A stretch of DNA of 63,021 bases, the filler included, from Stramenopiles sp. TOSAG23-6 (Eukaryota): the NCBI GenBank assembly GCA_900128565.1. It is 11 parts of 11 records of this genome, joined end to end, with 100 filler letters (N's around TTAATTAATTAA, not from the genome) between each part and the next. Parts side by side here need not be neighbours in the genome. Positions count along the whole stretch, not along the records: positions 47,425 to 54,058 come from LT636669.1; positions 54,159 to 60,789 come from LT636670.1; 9 more parts are not named here. One strand, written 5' to 3'. The notes under the pieces are model-generated. The model searched no databases. It saw only the letters and a list, made by a program, of their open reading frames with translations, and was not told the DNA's origin. Below are positions 47,524 through 59,020 of the stretch, piece after piece. Position 1 is the stretch's first letter, and each line of letters opens with the position of its first letter. The translations under genes and the position numbers were made by a program.

Positions 47524-49828
47524 ATGCACCAAATGATTCTTCGTATCTTTGAGTATGTTTATAATTAGGGTTGGGGTTTCGATTATTTTTAGACGTTTTA
47601 GATATTTTAGTATTATTTTTAGTATATCGAAATGTTGAACGAGAGTGAGTCCGATTATGAGTTCGTCGCGACCGACTTGAAGAATGCTCTGAAGATTTAC
47701 TGTCTATTTTAGATTTTGTATTCTTTGGATTAAAAATAAATAAAGGTACTGGGTGGGAAGGACGTTAATATTGTAGAAAAATATGTTATATTTTTGAAAA
47801 ACATCGTTAGATATAAAATTTGTTTTTATGAAAATGTACGATGAAAAAAAAAATGAAATAAGTGAATACAAATTCAAAAATATTTTTGAAATATTTTTTT
47901 CATAGTAAAATTTGTACCTAACAAAAAAAAACAAAAAAAACAAAAAAATGAAATGTAAGTGAATACCGTACAAGTCAAAACAGATACAATCACATCCAAC
48001 ACCAGATCGTTTCATGCGCGCATGTGTTAAATCACTCAAGTCTGTGTCAACACGAAATGTTCCATTTGAAGCTGTGAGTAGTTGAATGGTCATACCACTA
48101 CTACCTAAATTTCGATCAACATAGGAAACATCAAAAATATTGAGTGTGAGATTTACAGCTTCTAAAATATTACCACATGTATTGTGAAAAAAAACAAGAA
48201 TTTTACAAAAAAAAAAAAATCGTTAGGTACGAAATGTACTATGAAAAAAGAAAACTATAAAGTAATACATTCATGATGAAAACGTGCATTCACCCGTTGA
48301 CAGAGAAACACCATTTGATTTAAGCCTGTGGTGAAACGCATGTATTTTGGAAAAATATTTCAAAACAAAAAATTCATTAGGTACAAAATTTCGTACGAAA
48401 AAAAAAACGAATTTGAAAAAAAATAAAACATACATGGAAACGGCGTCTAAATTTAGGTAATAAAGAAGTCCAATCACTGACTGCATCATTACTACATTTA
48501 ATCTCTTCATAGAAATCGTGAAATATTTTTTCGTGATTATTCTTTTTTTGCTTTTGTTTTTGTTTAGAATTAATTCGGTTTTTACGAAATTGATGCTTCC
48601 GACGGGATTTTTGATTTAGTTTATTATGAGTTCTATTACTATTAAGATGTATGGTACGACGCCGTCCAAGAGTGGTGGGATTAGTATTTGTGTTTTGATG
48701 AATTTCACCTCGGGCGAATAAGACTACACTAAATTGATGTCGGACTCCCATGCCTGTGCACTTCTTTAAAAAACATCTTAGAAAAGAGTTAAACATAATT
48801 TCCCAAATCATATCACCACTAGGTGTTAGAACAAACATTTCCAAACTGACTTGGATTAACAGAACTAAATGACACGATCTAGTACGACAGATATATTTTG
48901 TAGAGTTTTTAGTGACACCTGAGAAAACGCAAACCTGTTCTGGTCCTAGTCTATTCTCAGCGAGCTTCCCTAATTCAACACTAGTAGCTAAACCACGAAC
49001 GCGACCACTATCTAAATTTAATTGTGTTAATGCTGAATTATGACCACGAACAAGTTGTTCTACCTTAATCCCAACACCTGCAACATCGGCATACTGAGTT
49101 GAGAATAAAGTTCTTCCTTTCAAAGCTTCACGGACTGTTGGTGAAAAAGTATGTCACACAAAAAAAAATCGTTAGTTTGTCATAAAAAAAAAGAAAAATA
49201 AATTTGAAATTCATCAACGCCACGCACCTGCCCACATCTCAGCCAAATCAATTGTAGACCCAAATCCAAAAGATATCTCTACAAAATCAACACTTGTTAA
49301 TGTATGAGTTGTTTGTCGGAGCCAAACTAGCTGTCGAGCTTGGACATCAAATGCTTCGGCGACTCGTTTGGCAAGACTAATTTTCATGTTTCCACGAACG
49401 CGATCTTTTATAGCGACGACCAATGTCAAACGTCGCTTTTCATCATTCGGATGCTCCAGTTCGACTAATGTACCGGATCTAAGACTAGGAAATATCTCGG
49501 GGTTGATTACAAGTTCTTGAGAAGAAAAATCACTATCATGAACATAAAGAGAGCATTGAACAGGTTTTAGTGGTGTAAGTTCAGCTGGAGGTGGTGACAA
49601 CCAAGCTTTCTTTTTTAGACGTCGCATTCCAAGGCGCCATTTATCTTTTGCATCGCTTGAATCGAGGCGACTTATGACACCCCGGGAAACACTCCGACCG
49701 TCAGAACGATTACGGCGTTGACCACGTAATTGAAGTTGGAGTCTTGTATATTCATTCTGCTTCTGGAGATGAGCAAGCCTAGATCGCCTAGTCTTGCGTA
49801 CGCTCGGATGGAAGTGCGACTGACTCAT
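47524..49828 (-). CDS. DEPDC5: GATOR1 subunit DEPDC5/Iml1, N-terminal part
   Basis: Spliced product contains ELVINPEIFP, RTRSCHLVLLIQVSLEM, GNILEAVNLTLNIF...VDRN and CFDLRPSHPVPLF. Confidence 0.9.
47766..47971 (-). mobile_element. Introner-like intron GT-TA containing an inverted family core
   Basis: Removal gives CICFDLRPSHPVPLF, collinear with the DEPDC5 motif. Confidence 0.8.
48177..48287 (-). mobile_element. Introner-like intron GC-AT
   Basis: GCACGTTTTCATCATG...CACAATAC-AT; frame STGECGNILEAVN. Confidence 0.85.
48340..48433 (-). mobile_element. Introner-like intron GT-AT
   Basis: Frame RRRFHAFHHRL. Confidence 0.88.
49135..49227 (-). mobile_element. Diverged family intron GT-AG
   Basis: GTGCGT...ACTAAC...CACCAAC-AG; frame EMWAVREAL. 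Confidence 0.85.
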
Positions 49829-50107
49829 AAACCGCTGACTATAATGTACCTCTTACAATTATGCAATATGTCTTTGCATCTTCATTCACGTTTTGTATTT
49901 TTCATACTTTTCTACACAGGAATGCAAGGATGACATGTGACCCCATCATGAGTCATGACTTGTCTAAGAGAGGGTTAGGGTTAGGGTTTTTTTAACGGAA
50001 ATACAACCGATGTGAACAGAGGGTTCGAGAGAGAGAGAACCTGTACCAGTACAGTAGTAGTAGTAGTACAACTTTCAACTCACTATCATTAATAATTATT
50101 GAGGGAA

Positions 50108-52296
50108 ATGCCCCGTAAAAAGAAGGGATCGAAAGTCAAAAAGAATGTTAGTTTCGAAGCTCCAATTGTAGAAAATGTCGAAGAGATACCATTCATTCGT
50201 TCTAATAGTAGTCGGCAAAATAAAAACGTGCCACCCGAGCAATGCCCAGGTATGTCAGATGCAGAGTTTGAGCAAGTTCGCGAAGAATGGATTCAGAACT
50301 ATGCTGCATACCTTGATGAAGTGAAGGATTCAGACCCCGAAACGTATAAACGTTTAATAAAAGACCTTCAAGCAAGTGTACAATCTAGGAATAGCGGCGA
50401 GAATGGTTTTTCACCTAAAGTCCCTGGCATGGAAGGAAAAGTAATGGGAAAAGGTGGCATAGTTTCTGATAAAGAACCCGAGGGAATAAAAATAGAGCCT
50501 GAGATAGGGTTTGTCATCAAAACTTTTGATCTTAAAACAGGAAAGAAAGTTTTTATTAATGTAGTTCACTCGCATTTGTTGAAGAAACCGGCAATGAAGA
50601 AAAAAATTGGTGAAGATGGAAAAGAAATTGAAGGATTGAATATTCCTTTAAGCTTAGGTGTTCCTCGACTAGCAAAGGACAAAAAAGGTGCATCTTGTAT
50701 TGTATATGATATGGTTGTGAATAGTGTAGTAATTGATGAAGCAACAAGTGACAAAACGGGGAACTATCGCCATTTTGTTTGCAATATGGCATTGACTTAT
50801 GTTCAACAAAAGTTCCGATGTGAAGTAGATTTGAAATATAAATTACCGCGCACAAAATATATATATGGGGAATCAGATAGTAAATTAGATAAACAAGAGA
50901 AGACGAAACCACGTTCTCAATATATAAGAAAAGACTTAGCACCAAAAATTGAAGAAGTGGGCCGATCAGAGAATCCCAAGAATAATTCGAATTTATCCAA
51001 ATCAAAAGTTGGTGGTAGCCCTAACCCTAACCCGAAAAAGAAAACCGGAGTAAATGTAAAAGAAAACTCTGGAAGCAACAGAGTGACTAAACTTTCTTAT
51101 GCTGCATACAAAATACGATGTCGTTATGAGAATGATCCTCCAGAAGGACGAGAATTGACAGATTATCAAAAGGTCAATGGGTGTGGAGCTCATGTACGAT
51201 TTCATCATGAATTTCAAATTGTTTTTTCATACGAAAGTTTGTACCTAAGATTTTTTTTTGAGATGTTTTGTTTTCATCATGAATTTCAAATTCATTCTTA
51301 CTTTTCCCATCAAATCTTGATGTTTTTCATACCTAACGAATTTCAAACTTGACATATTTTTTCACAATACTTGATAATACACTCCTTGGATTACCCCATC
51401 AATTATTGATATCATTTGATCTATCAAATTTTCGAGTTGTTGATATCATAACATTGTACAATGAATATCAAAAATCATCAATACCATTAAAGGAAAGCCA
51501 AAAATCATCAAAACCATTAAAGGAAAGTGTAAAGAAAAGTATACATATCGAAATGTCAAATAATTTTATCGCTGTTAGTATAGTTGGTTATCGAAAACAG
51601 GAAATATTTTTGCCATGCCCAGTTTTGAAAGGAAACGTTGATGAAATTGCGACATTTAATGGACAACAAAAAACATTAGATATTCTTCTTCAAGTTGACC
51701 CATCAGGCGGTTCTTGTCGAGGTCCCGACCCAGGATCTCGAGCATGGTTACTGGCAAGAGCATTGGAACAACCGAATTCTGCCGGGAAGCCGATAATCAC
51801 ACAGGATACAAAAAGTTTTATTTCTCCTGATAATGATACAATTGCTGAAGTTTCAGATGAAGTCTGGGCGGAGGATGCTTTTCATGCTCAGGATATGTTA
51901 TCTCAGCATTATTTATCCCAAAAACAAGAAAATAAAACAAAGCGTTCGAAAGACAAGGCAGAAGAACGACGAAAAGCAGAAGACGACCCTAATTTAAATA
52001 TTGAATATATTGATGACGTCAATGAATGGGCAAAGAAACAAAATGTAGATATTAAAGCTCCTGTTGGAACTGATGGTTCTATTCAAATTAAGGGAATGAA
52101 TGTTTCTATAGATGCCGAGAAAGTAACCAAAGCAAAACTACAAATTGATAGAAATCGAAAGCTAGAGGAAGAAATTATGAGAAAAAAAGCTGAATCGAAA
52201 CTTGCCGCAATTCCATGCCCGGTCCCACGGTCTCACGACCCCCATAGTAAAGTTCTTTCAGCAACACACGAAATGATGTTTGATTTACTAGATTAA
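50108..52296 (+). CDS. PIH1-domain protein (exons 50108-51193, 51373-52296)
   Basis: IEPEIGFVIKT...KVFINV, IPLSLG.PR...DKKG..C.VYD. Confidence 0.88.
51194..51372 (+). mobile_element. Introner-like intron GT-TT, tandem double core
   Basis: Frame CGAHDNTLLGLP. Confidence 0.8.
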
Positions 52297-52434
52297 AAAT
52301 AAACACAGTATTTTACTACGATTCGATTTTATATAAAAACATTTGGACTACTGAGAATTTTTCTTAAAAACTTTTCTTACAACATTTATGAACATCACAA
52401 TAATCAATCAAGAACGACTTCTCTCGTGTATTAG

Positions 52435-54006
52435 CTACATTACAAAAGCTCCACTAGGAGTCACATCACCTGAAACACTTGTCAGAGTAACTCTTTTTTT
52501 CTTCCTCTTCTTTTCGTTTTGTTCTTTTTCAGAAACATGCGAATCCCTCGAAAGTTGTTTCTGTGATTGTAGGACACTTCCCACCGTTTCATCATTCGCA
52601 CCCCCTTGATTTTCAACAACTTCTTCACCTTCACTTGCTAAAAAACCATCATCATCTTCATCACCATCGTCTTCTTCTTCAGCGGCCGATCCCATTGAGT
52701 CATCTAAATCATCTAAATCTTCTACCTCATCATTTTTACTATCAGACTTGTCACCTTTAGGTACATAATTATTAATTGTACTGGATACTTTTTCACTATT
52801 TCCAATCGAATCATCATTTGGATTCTCCCAACCAAATGAAGTACGATCAACGGAAGAAACATCTCCAACACGAGTCAACAAAACGCGTTTTTTACTCTTT
52901 TTTAGAGGAATGCCATCATTAGTAGTATTCTCACTTGGCTCACCATCAACCGTCTTCCGTTTCCTACTTTGATTTTGATTTCCCCCACTATTTATTTCCA
53001 AATCTGAATCAGTATTTTTACTATCATTTTGTTGCTGAATTTCATCATTTGCTTTCTTGTCATTTTCATTATTTATTGACAAACTAATTTTAGTTTTTTC
53101 AGGTTTATTCTTTTTTACAATTTTCTGGAATATAACGGGTAGTTTACGTCGCATTACTTCAGGGACATCAACGCCTGTAAGTACTTCACCTAACTCACCT
53201 TCCGTAAATGTTAGAAGAGTAATATACCCATCTTGTGAGCTGATTGCAATACAGTCATCACCAGCACCATTAGCACACCAGGTAATATCAGTAATCTGAG
53301 CATAATGTACATTACCAACAAGTGCTATTGGATCAGCTTGTTGAGTATCGTATACTAAAATATTTGACAAAGTTGCAACAGCAAATACTACGCGGTATGG
53401 TAAAGCAATCAGTGGAGGACTCGACGGCACTCCGTTTTCAGGTTCTCGTAGTTTAAATGTTATGTCAAAAAAAAATAAAAAAAAATTCGTTAGGTACGAA
53501 ATTTCGTAGGAAACAAAATAAATTTGAAATTAAAATGACAAAAACGTACATAATCGAGGATGACAACGAACTGCAATTGAGGGCTGATCCATACCAGGAG
53601 TTGGTAAGTGTAATGCTGGTCTAGAAAAAACGCCTCTTAAAAAGATAAATGTTGTTGGTACTGCGGATTCTCCTGCATTCGACATAAAACATCCTGTTGG
53701 TGTGAATAAGAATGATCCATCTGGTGAAGTACTCAACCGACGAAAAAAAGTAGGAACAGTTTCGTCCATGAACATTGCATGTTTTTTCTGAGGCGCTCTA
53801 CGATTTTTCCCTTTCTTTTTATTCATCTCGTCGGTTTCGTCATCATTTGAATCTTTTCCTTCATTTTTTCCTTCACTTTTTCCTTCATTATCAGAATGAA
53901 CTGTTTCAGAACCTACAGGTTTGTGACACAGTGATCTATGTTTTACAAGTGCTTTCACAACGCATGTAAATCGCTTGCCCTTGGATGCTGCAAAACGCTT
54001 CATTCC
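52435..54006 (-). CDS. CHAF1B: Chromatin assembly factor 1 subunit B, C-terminal part
   Basis: TFFRRLSTSPDGSFL.TPTG, LPYRVVFAVAT, NVHYAQITDITW, SSQDGY. Confidence 0.92.
53457..53549 (-). mobile_element. Introner-like intron GT-AT
   Basis: Frame VRCHPRLFKLR. Confidence 0.9.
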
Positions 54007-54058
54007 ATGTATTTTGGAAAAATATTTCAAAAAAAAATCGTTAGGTACAAAATTTCGT
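54007..54058 (-). mobile_element. 3' half of introner-like intron (AT)
   Basis: Family consensus at the contig end. Confidence 0.75.
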
Positions 54059-54158
54059 NNNNNNNNNNNNNNNNNNNNNNNNNNNNNNNNNNNNNNNNNN
54101 NNTTAATTAATTAANNNNNNNNNNNNNNNNNNNNNNNNNNNNNNNNNNNNNNNNNNNN

Positions 54159-54234
54159 TTTCTAATTTAATTTTTTTTTCATACGAAATTTCGTACCTAA
54201 CGATTTTTTTTTTTAATATTTTTTCACAATACGT
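54159..54234 (+). mobile_element. 3' part of introner-like intron (ends GT)
   Basis: CGTACCTAAC...CACAATAC-GT. Confidence 0.75.
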
Positions 54235-55116
54235 GTAATGATTACAAAGCTAAAAACAGAATGTGGTTACCAATTCACATCTAAGTTAGAAGGAATGTTC
54301 AAAGATATTTCAATGTCAAAAGAAACAAATAGAAACTTTCTTGAAAGTTCACGGCTAAAAAACTCCAAGATAAATTTATCAGTGTATGTCTTAACCACAG
54401 GATTTTGGCCAACTGTTAGCGTACCTGTGTGTAATTTACCAAAAAATGTTTTACATTGTAGCAAAATATTTCGTAGTTTTTACCTAAATAAGTATAACGG
54501 ACGACGTTTGCATTGGCAAACAAATATGGGTACTGCTGCTCTGAAATTACACCTGCCAAAGGGAAAAGAGGGGCAAACTCGAAAAGAACTTTATATGACA
54601 ACATATCAAATGTGTATACTTATGTTATATAATGATTCCGATACATTAACATTTGCAGATATAAGAAAAAAAACAAATATTCCTTTGGCTGAATTGAAGA
54701 GATGTCTTGTATCGTTTTGTATTCCAAAGTGTAAACTTTTGATAAAACAACCAGACCCAAGAAAATTTAAAAAAATTGATGATTCAATGACATTTACGTT
54801 TAACGATAATTTTAAATCGAAACTATTTCGTGTGAAACTTCCACTTGTAAGCATCGTCGAGAATAAGTCTGTAAAATCAGGTATTCCTTCTGGTGTTAAT
54901 GAGGATAGAAGACACCTCATTGAAGCAGCCATTGTTCGAATTATGAAAGCTCGAATGCAATTAGATCATAATGCCCTCATTGCTGAAATCGCCCGACAAT
55001 TGAACTCTCGTTTTCGCGCTACGCCACAACAAATGAAAAAATGTATTGAAAGCTTGATTGAGAGGGAATATATTGAACGCGACAAGAATGACAGAAAAGT
55101 GTATATGTATATATAA
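54235..55116 (+). CDS. CUL3: Cullin-3, last exon
   Basis: KLKTECGYQFTSKLEGMFKD, IEAAIVRIMKAR. Confidence 0.95.
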   Translation, partial: VMITKLKTECGYQFTSKLEGMFKDISMSKETNRNFLESSRLKNSKINLSVYVLTTGFWPTVSVPVCNLPKNVLHCSKIFRSFYLNKYNGRRLHWQTNMGTAALKLHLPKGKEGQTRKELYMTTYQMCILMLYNDSDTLTFADIRKKTNIPLAELKRCLVSFCIPKCKLLIKQPDPRKFKKIDDSMTFTFNDNFKSKLFRVKLPLVSIVENKSVKSGIPSGVNEDRRHLIEAAIVRIMKARMQLDHNALIAEIARQLNSRFRATPQQMKKCIESLIEREYIERDKNDRKVYMYI

Positions 55117-55222
55117 TGAAAATAGCTGTTGAATTTCTTATTTTATTCAAAATTTTCTGTTTCTTTTTAACTTCCCCTTTGTTTCTTATCTTTTTTTGAT
55201 TTTTTTTCATCTTTTTATCTCC

Positions 55223-56122
55223 TTACGATGGTGGGATTGCATTAGGTGTATCCAGTATATCAGGATCCAAATCAGGATTCATATTTTTCATTTTAGCCTT
55301 AATTTGTTCGAGAGGCATGTGCATTTTTATAAGCATGAAATATTTCTTATATCGAGGATCATCTTTTGCTTTCAATGCGTTGGGGTCTGTATTGACTTTT
55401 TTTTTTGGTTTTGAGGCAACAATTGGTTTTTTTCCTTTGGAGTCTGACACATTTGGAATCACAAATAGTGAATGCAGTTGTTTCACGAAATCTTTCTTTT
55501 TATTTGATTCACCAATAACGTCATCAGCTTGCTGCTCCAATATAGGTTGTCCTAGCCTCGCCATGCAACTCATTAAATCAGTCACTTTTATGTATGCATC
55601 GCCATCTACAGTCATACCTGTTGCTAAGCTATCAAATGTGTAATCTAGTGCACTATCTCGTTTTTTGTTTCCTCGCTTGATTAGCTTATCCATAAATAGC
55701 GCAAAATCAACAAATGTCACAGTGTCCATATCAGTTGTTCGAGTCATTCTCGCTACCATGTATTCCAAATCACCAGTTACCTCATCTGTCATTGATACAC
55801 CGAATTTTTCATAAAAGTGTCGAAGTTCTATAACTGTTATTTCGTTTGATTCATTTGGATTGAAATGCTGAAATGCACTTCTATACGCATCAATCAACAC
55901 AAAAGATAAACCTTCGTCCTTTAAGATATCGTCATCCTCGTCGCCATTGAGTTGTCTTTTATGAATACGGTCATTGTTCAATTCTACTGAGTCTTTTTTC
56001 TTTTTTTTTTTTTTTGATTTGATAGGTGGAGGTGGGCCTGCGAGTAAAGCGCCCAATTCATGTGATGCTTTCTTTTTCTTCTTCTTCTTGTGAGAAGCTG
56101 CGATATCATCGAGTAGACCCAT
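55223..56122 (-). CDS. EF-hand-like protein with a CCDC53/WASHC3-like C-terminal motif
   Basis: Degenerate EF-hands; KDDPRYKKYF.LIKM..P......KM....LDPDIL. Confidence 0.7.
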   Translation of the reverse strand: MGLLDDIAASHKKKKKKKASHELGALLAGPPPPIKSKKKKKKKDSVELNNDRIHKRQLNGDEDDDILKDEGLSFVLIDAYRSAFQHFNPNESNEITVIELRHFYEKFGVSMTDEVTGDLEYMVARMTRTTDMDTVTFVDFALFMDKLIKRGNKKRDSALDYTFDSLATGMTVDGDAYIKVTDLMSCMARLGQPILEQQADDVIGESNKKKDFVKQLHSLFVIPNVSDSKGKKPIVASKPKKKVNTDPNALKAKDDPRYKKYFMLIKMHMPLEQIKAKMKNMNPDLDPDILDTPNAIPPS

Positions 56123-56385
56123 TCTTTTTTTTACTATCTGAATCTAAATCGTAGATTCGGGGCAAGAAAAATCATGCATGTCGATGTCGATGTCCGTTAT
56201 TTTAAGATTTCGTTTTTCTCGGCGATTTTGGCGGTTTGGTTTGCGTTTGGATACTACTTCGACTATTTATATAAAATTCTCGATCGTATCCACGGTGTAT
56301 AGGTGAAAACGTAGTACTACTTACTTTGTATACTTTTCAAAGAAATACAAACCGTGCTTGAAGTTACAAACTCTATACACTCACA

Positions 56386-58373
56386 ATGCAACATTTTCTT
56401 CTGTATGGCATATTCTTTTTTGGTTTCCTTCAAATTAATCCATCCGAAGGAAGTGGAACGAATACATTTTGTCCAAAACCACTAATCTTCCCAAAAAATA
56501 AAACCCCATCAACCAAAACTGCAGTCATTGAGTGTCAGCCTAATTGCTTTCTTCCCGTAGATGAGATTGCTGGGTATAAGTACCACGATGTGGCTCTTTT
56601 TAAGCTGGTTTATTTTGGAGTTGGTTCAGTCCTTTTGTGGGCCACTGTAGTAACACAGGTGTATAAACGAGAAAAAAGAAAACATTATCTTTTCAATACT
56701 ATGCTTATTGCCATATTATGCGCGGTACTTACGTCATATCTTCCATTGTTAATATACAATAGTGACATGAATGATCATTATTGTGCAGATGCAACCTCGC
56801 CGTTGAAACAGGGGGAAATAAGCATCAGTAAAATTTCGGAAACTGATCATTGCATTGTACAAGCTATTTCATTTACCTATTTTATTCTCGTTGCTTGCTA
56901 CATGTGGCTGAGTGTAGCATTTCAAATATACACCAGAGTGCATCATACTCCAAAATATATGACACAGAGAAAACAAATTATGATGTTGCTTCTCCCACTG
57001 CTACTACCGTTTGTTCATATAGGACTACTTTTGTCAGAAAAAGCATTTGGTTATTCGTCTCCAATGCACCTCTGCATGTTCAATGCATCATCTGTAAAAG
57101 AAGCATTTTTTCACTTTTATGTTCCGATCATAACAATTTGGTTTTTAGGAATCATTTTGCTTTTCTTAACTTCTTTCCATATTGGTTTTACAGCAGGGGA
57201 AGTAGGCTTACAAAAGAGAATGTATGTTTTATTTTTTTTCAATTTTTTGTCTAAATTTTCTTTTCGTACGAAATTTTGTACCTAACAAAAAACAATTTTC
57301 AAATATTTTTCCAAAATACATGGCATGTAAATTTTCATGAGGAATTTCAAATGTTTTTTTCACAAAGAAAATTTCATACCTAACGATTTTTTTTACTAAA
57401 AGAAATATTTTTTCACAATACATGTATACCTCTTATTTATTTACTTTCATTTAGTATAGTTGTGGGGCCTATTCTAATATATCAAATATTAATGTTTGTA
57501 GAATTTAATGATAATGTTCTACAGACAAGTGCAAATAATTGGCTTAATTGTCTTCGCGCAAATAAATTTGTAGGTATTGAAGATCCAGCAACAGATTGTG
57601 ATGCAATACTTTCTAATGATTGGAGTAGTTGTGTGGTGGAATTTATCAGTGGTCGTAAAGAATCTTATTCAAATTGCGTTGGTAGTGATAAAAAAGGCAC
57701 GAATTCAGGTTGTGGATGCGGTTCCAATGTAAAATCTTTGGGTTTTATCATTGAGGGATTCCCAATTTTTTTTGAATTGTGTGTAGGCGCTTCAAGTTAC
57801 CTTATTTTTTTCCTATATTTTCCTTACATGAAACTTTTAAGGAAATGTCTTCATCATAAAAAGGATGATAAAAAGAAGAAACAAAATGATAAAAAGGAGA
57901 AAAAGAATGAGAAAAAGGAGAAAAACAAGAAAAAAAATGAGAAAAAAGAAAAAAAGGAAAAGAAGAAAAAGAATGAGAAAAAAGATGATAAAAAAGACGA
58001 TAAAAAAGATGATAAAAAGAAGAAGAAGAAAAAAAACGATGTTAAGAAGAAGAAGAAAAAGAGTGACGAAAAAGACGACAAAAAAAAGAAAAAGAACAAA
58101 AAGAACAAAAAGAAACATGTAAAAAATCCATTAGCACTTGAAACTAAAATGGAGGCATTTGAGACTAAAATTGATGTCCAACTAGACAGTGTATCATCAT
58201 ATTCATATTCATCCGATTCTTCTTTATCATCACTAAGGGGCAGGGATGGCAAAAAAATACGTTCCAGAACAATTCAACCGAAAGACTTGAGAAATAAATC
58301 CAAACATAGTCATCCTAGACGAGTCGATTCCAAGGAAATTGCTCAATCAATGCTTGCACCTGAGATGCCATAA
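56386..58373 (+). CDS. Multi-pass GPCR-like (Frizzled/Smoothened-like) membrane protein with a Lys-rich tail; includes a 5-nt microexon
   Basis: Signal peptide, CP.PL..P and C.P.C motifs, multiple TM segments; exons 56386-57221, 57322-57326, 57424-58373. Confidence 0.7.
57222..57321 (+). mobile_element. Introner-like intron GT-AT
   Basis: Full consensus. Confidence 0.88.
57327..57423 (+). mobile_element. Introner-like intron GT-AT
   Basis: GTAAATTTTCATGA...CATACCTAAC...CACAATAC-AT. Confidence 0.85.
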
Positions 58374-59020
58374 AGTTCTAGAGATTCAATTTATCTTGGA
58401 AATTAGGATTATTGAGAGAGAGAGAGAGAGACAAACTTTGCAGTACATTTATTTTTATTGTTGTATAAGAAAAATCAGCTACAAATAAATTGTCTGAATG
58501 AGTAATAGATGATTTTAGCAATGAATAATATTGAATTGTTATACACAATGATAAATCTATATATATTTCAGATTTTTTACAGGTAAAACTGGACTTTAAT
58601 TTTTTCTTGATAATAAAAATATCACTAAAAATCATGATTCTTCATGTATTAATTTCGAAATGTTAAAAATAATAAAAAATAAAAAGTTACTATGCACGAG
58701 TTCATGAACAACAAAAGTAAAACACAAAAGTGTAGCGAAAGTGATGAAGACTCGTCAACTGACTGATTTTAATACGATTGGATTGCGATTTGAGATTGAT
58801 TGCCGGATTTGAATAAATATTGGATTTTTTTCGATTTTTTTTTTCGATTTCATCGGTTTTCTTTTTTTTGTCGGTTATATTTGCGAAATACTAATAATAT
58901 CGCAGCTAATAATCACTAGTATGCCTCAAGATATTCTATTTAACGACGACATGGCATAATCATTCAATCTTGTAAAAACATCATTGCGTACTTCAAATAG
59001 CTACGACTGATAATAGCGTC

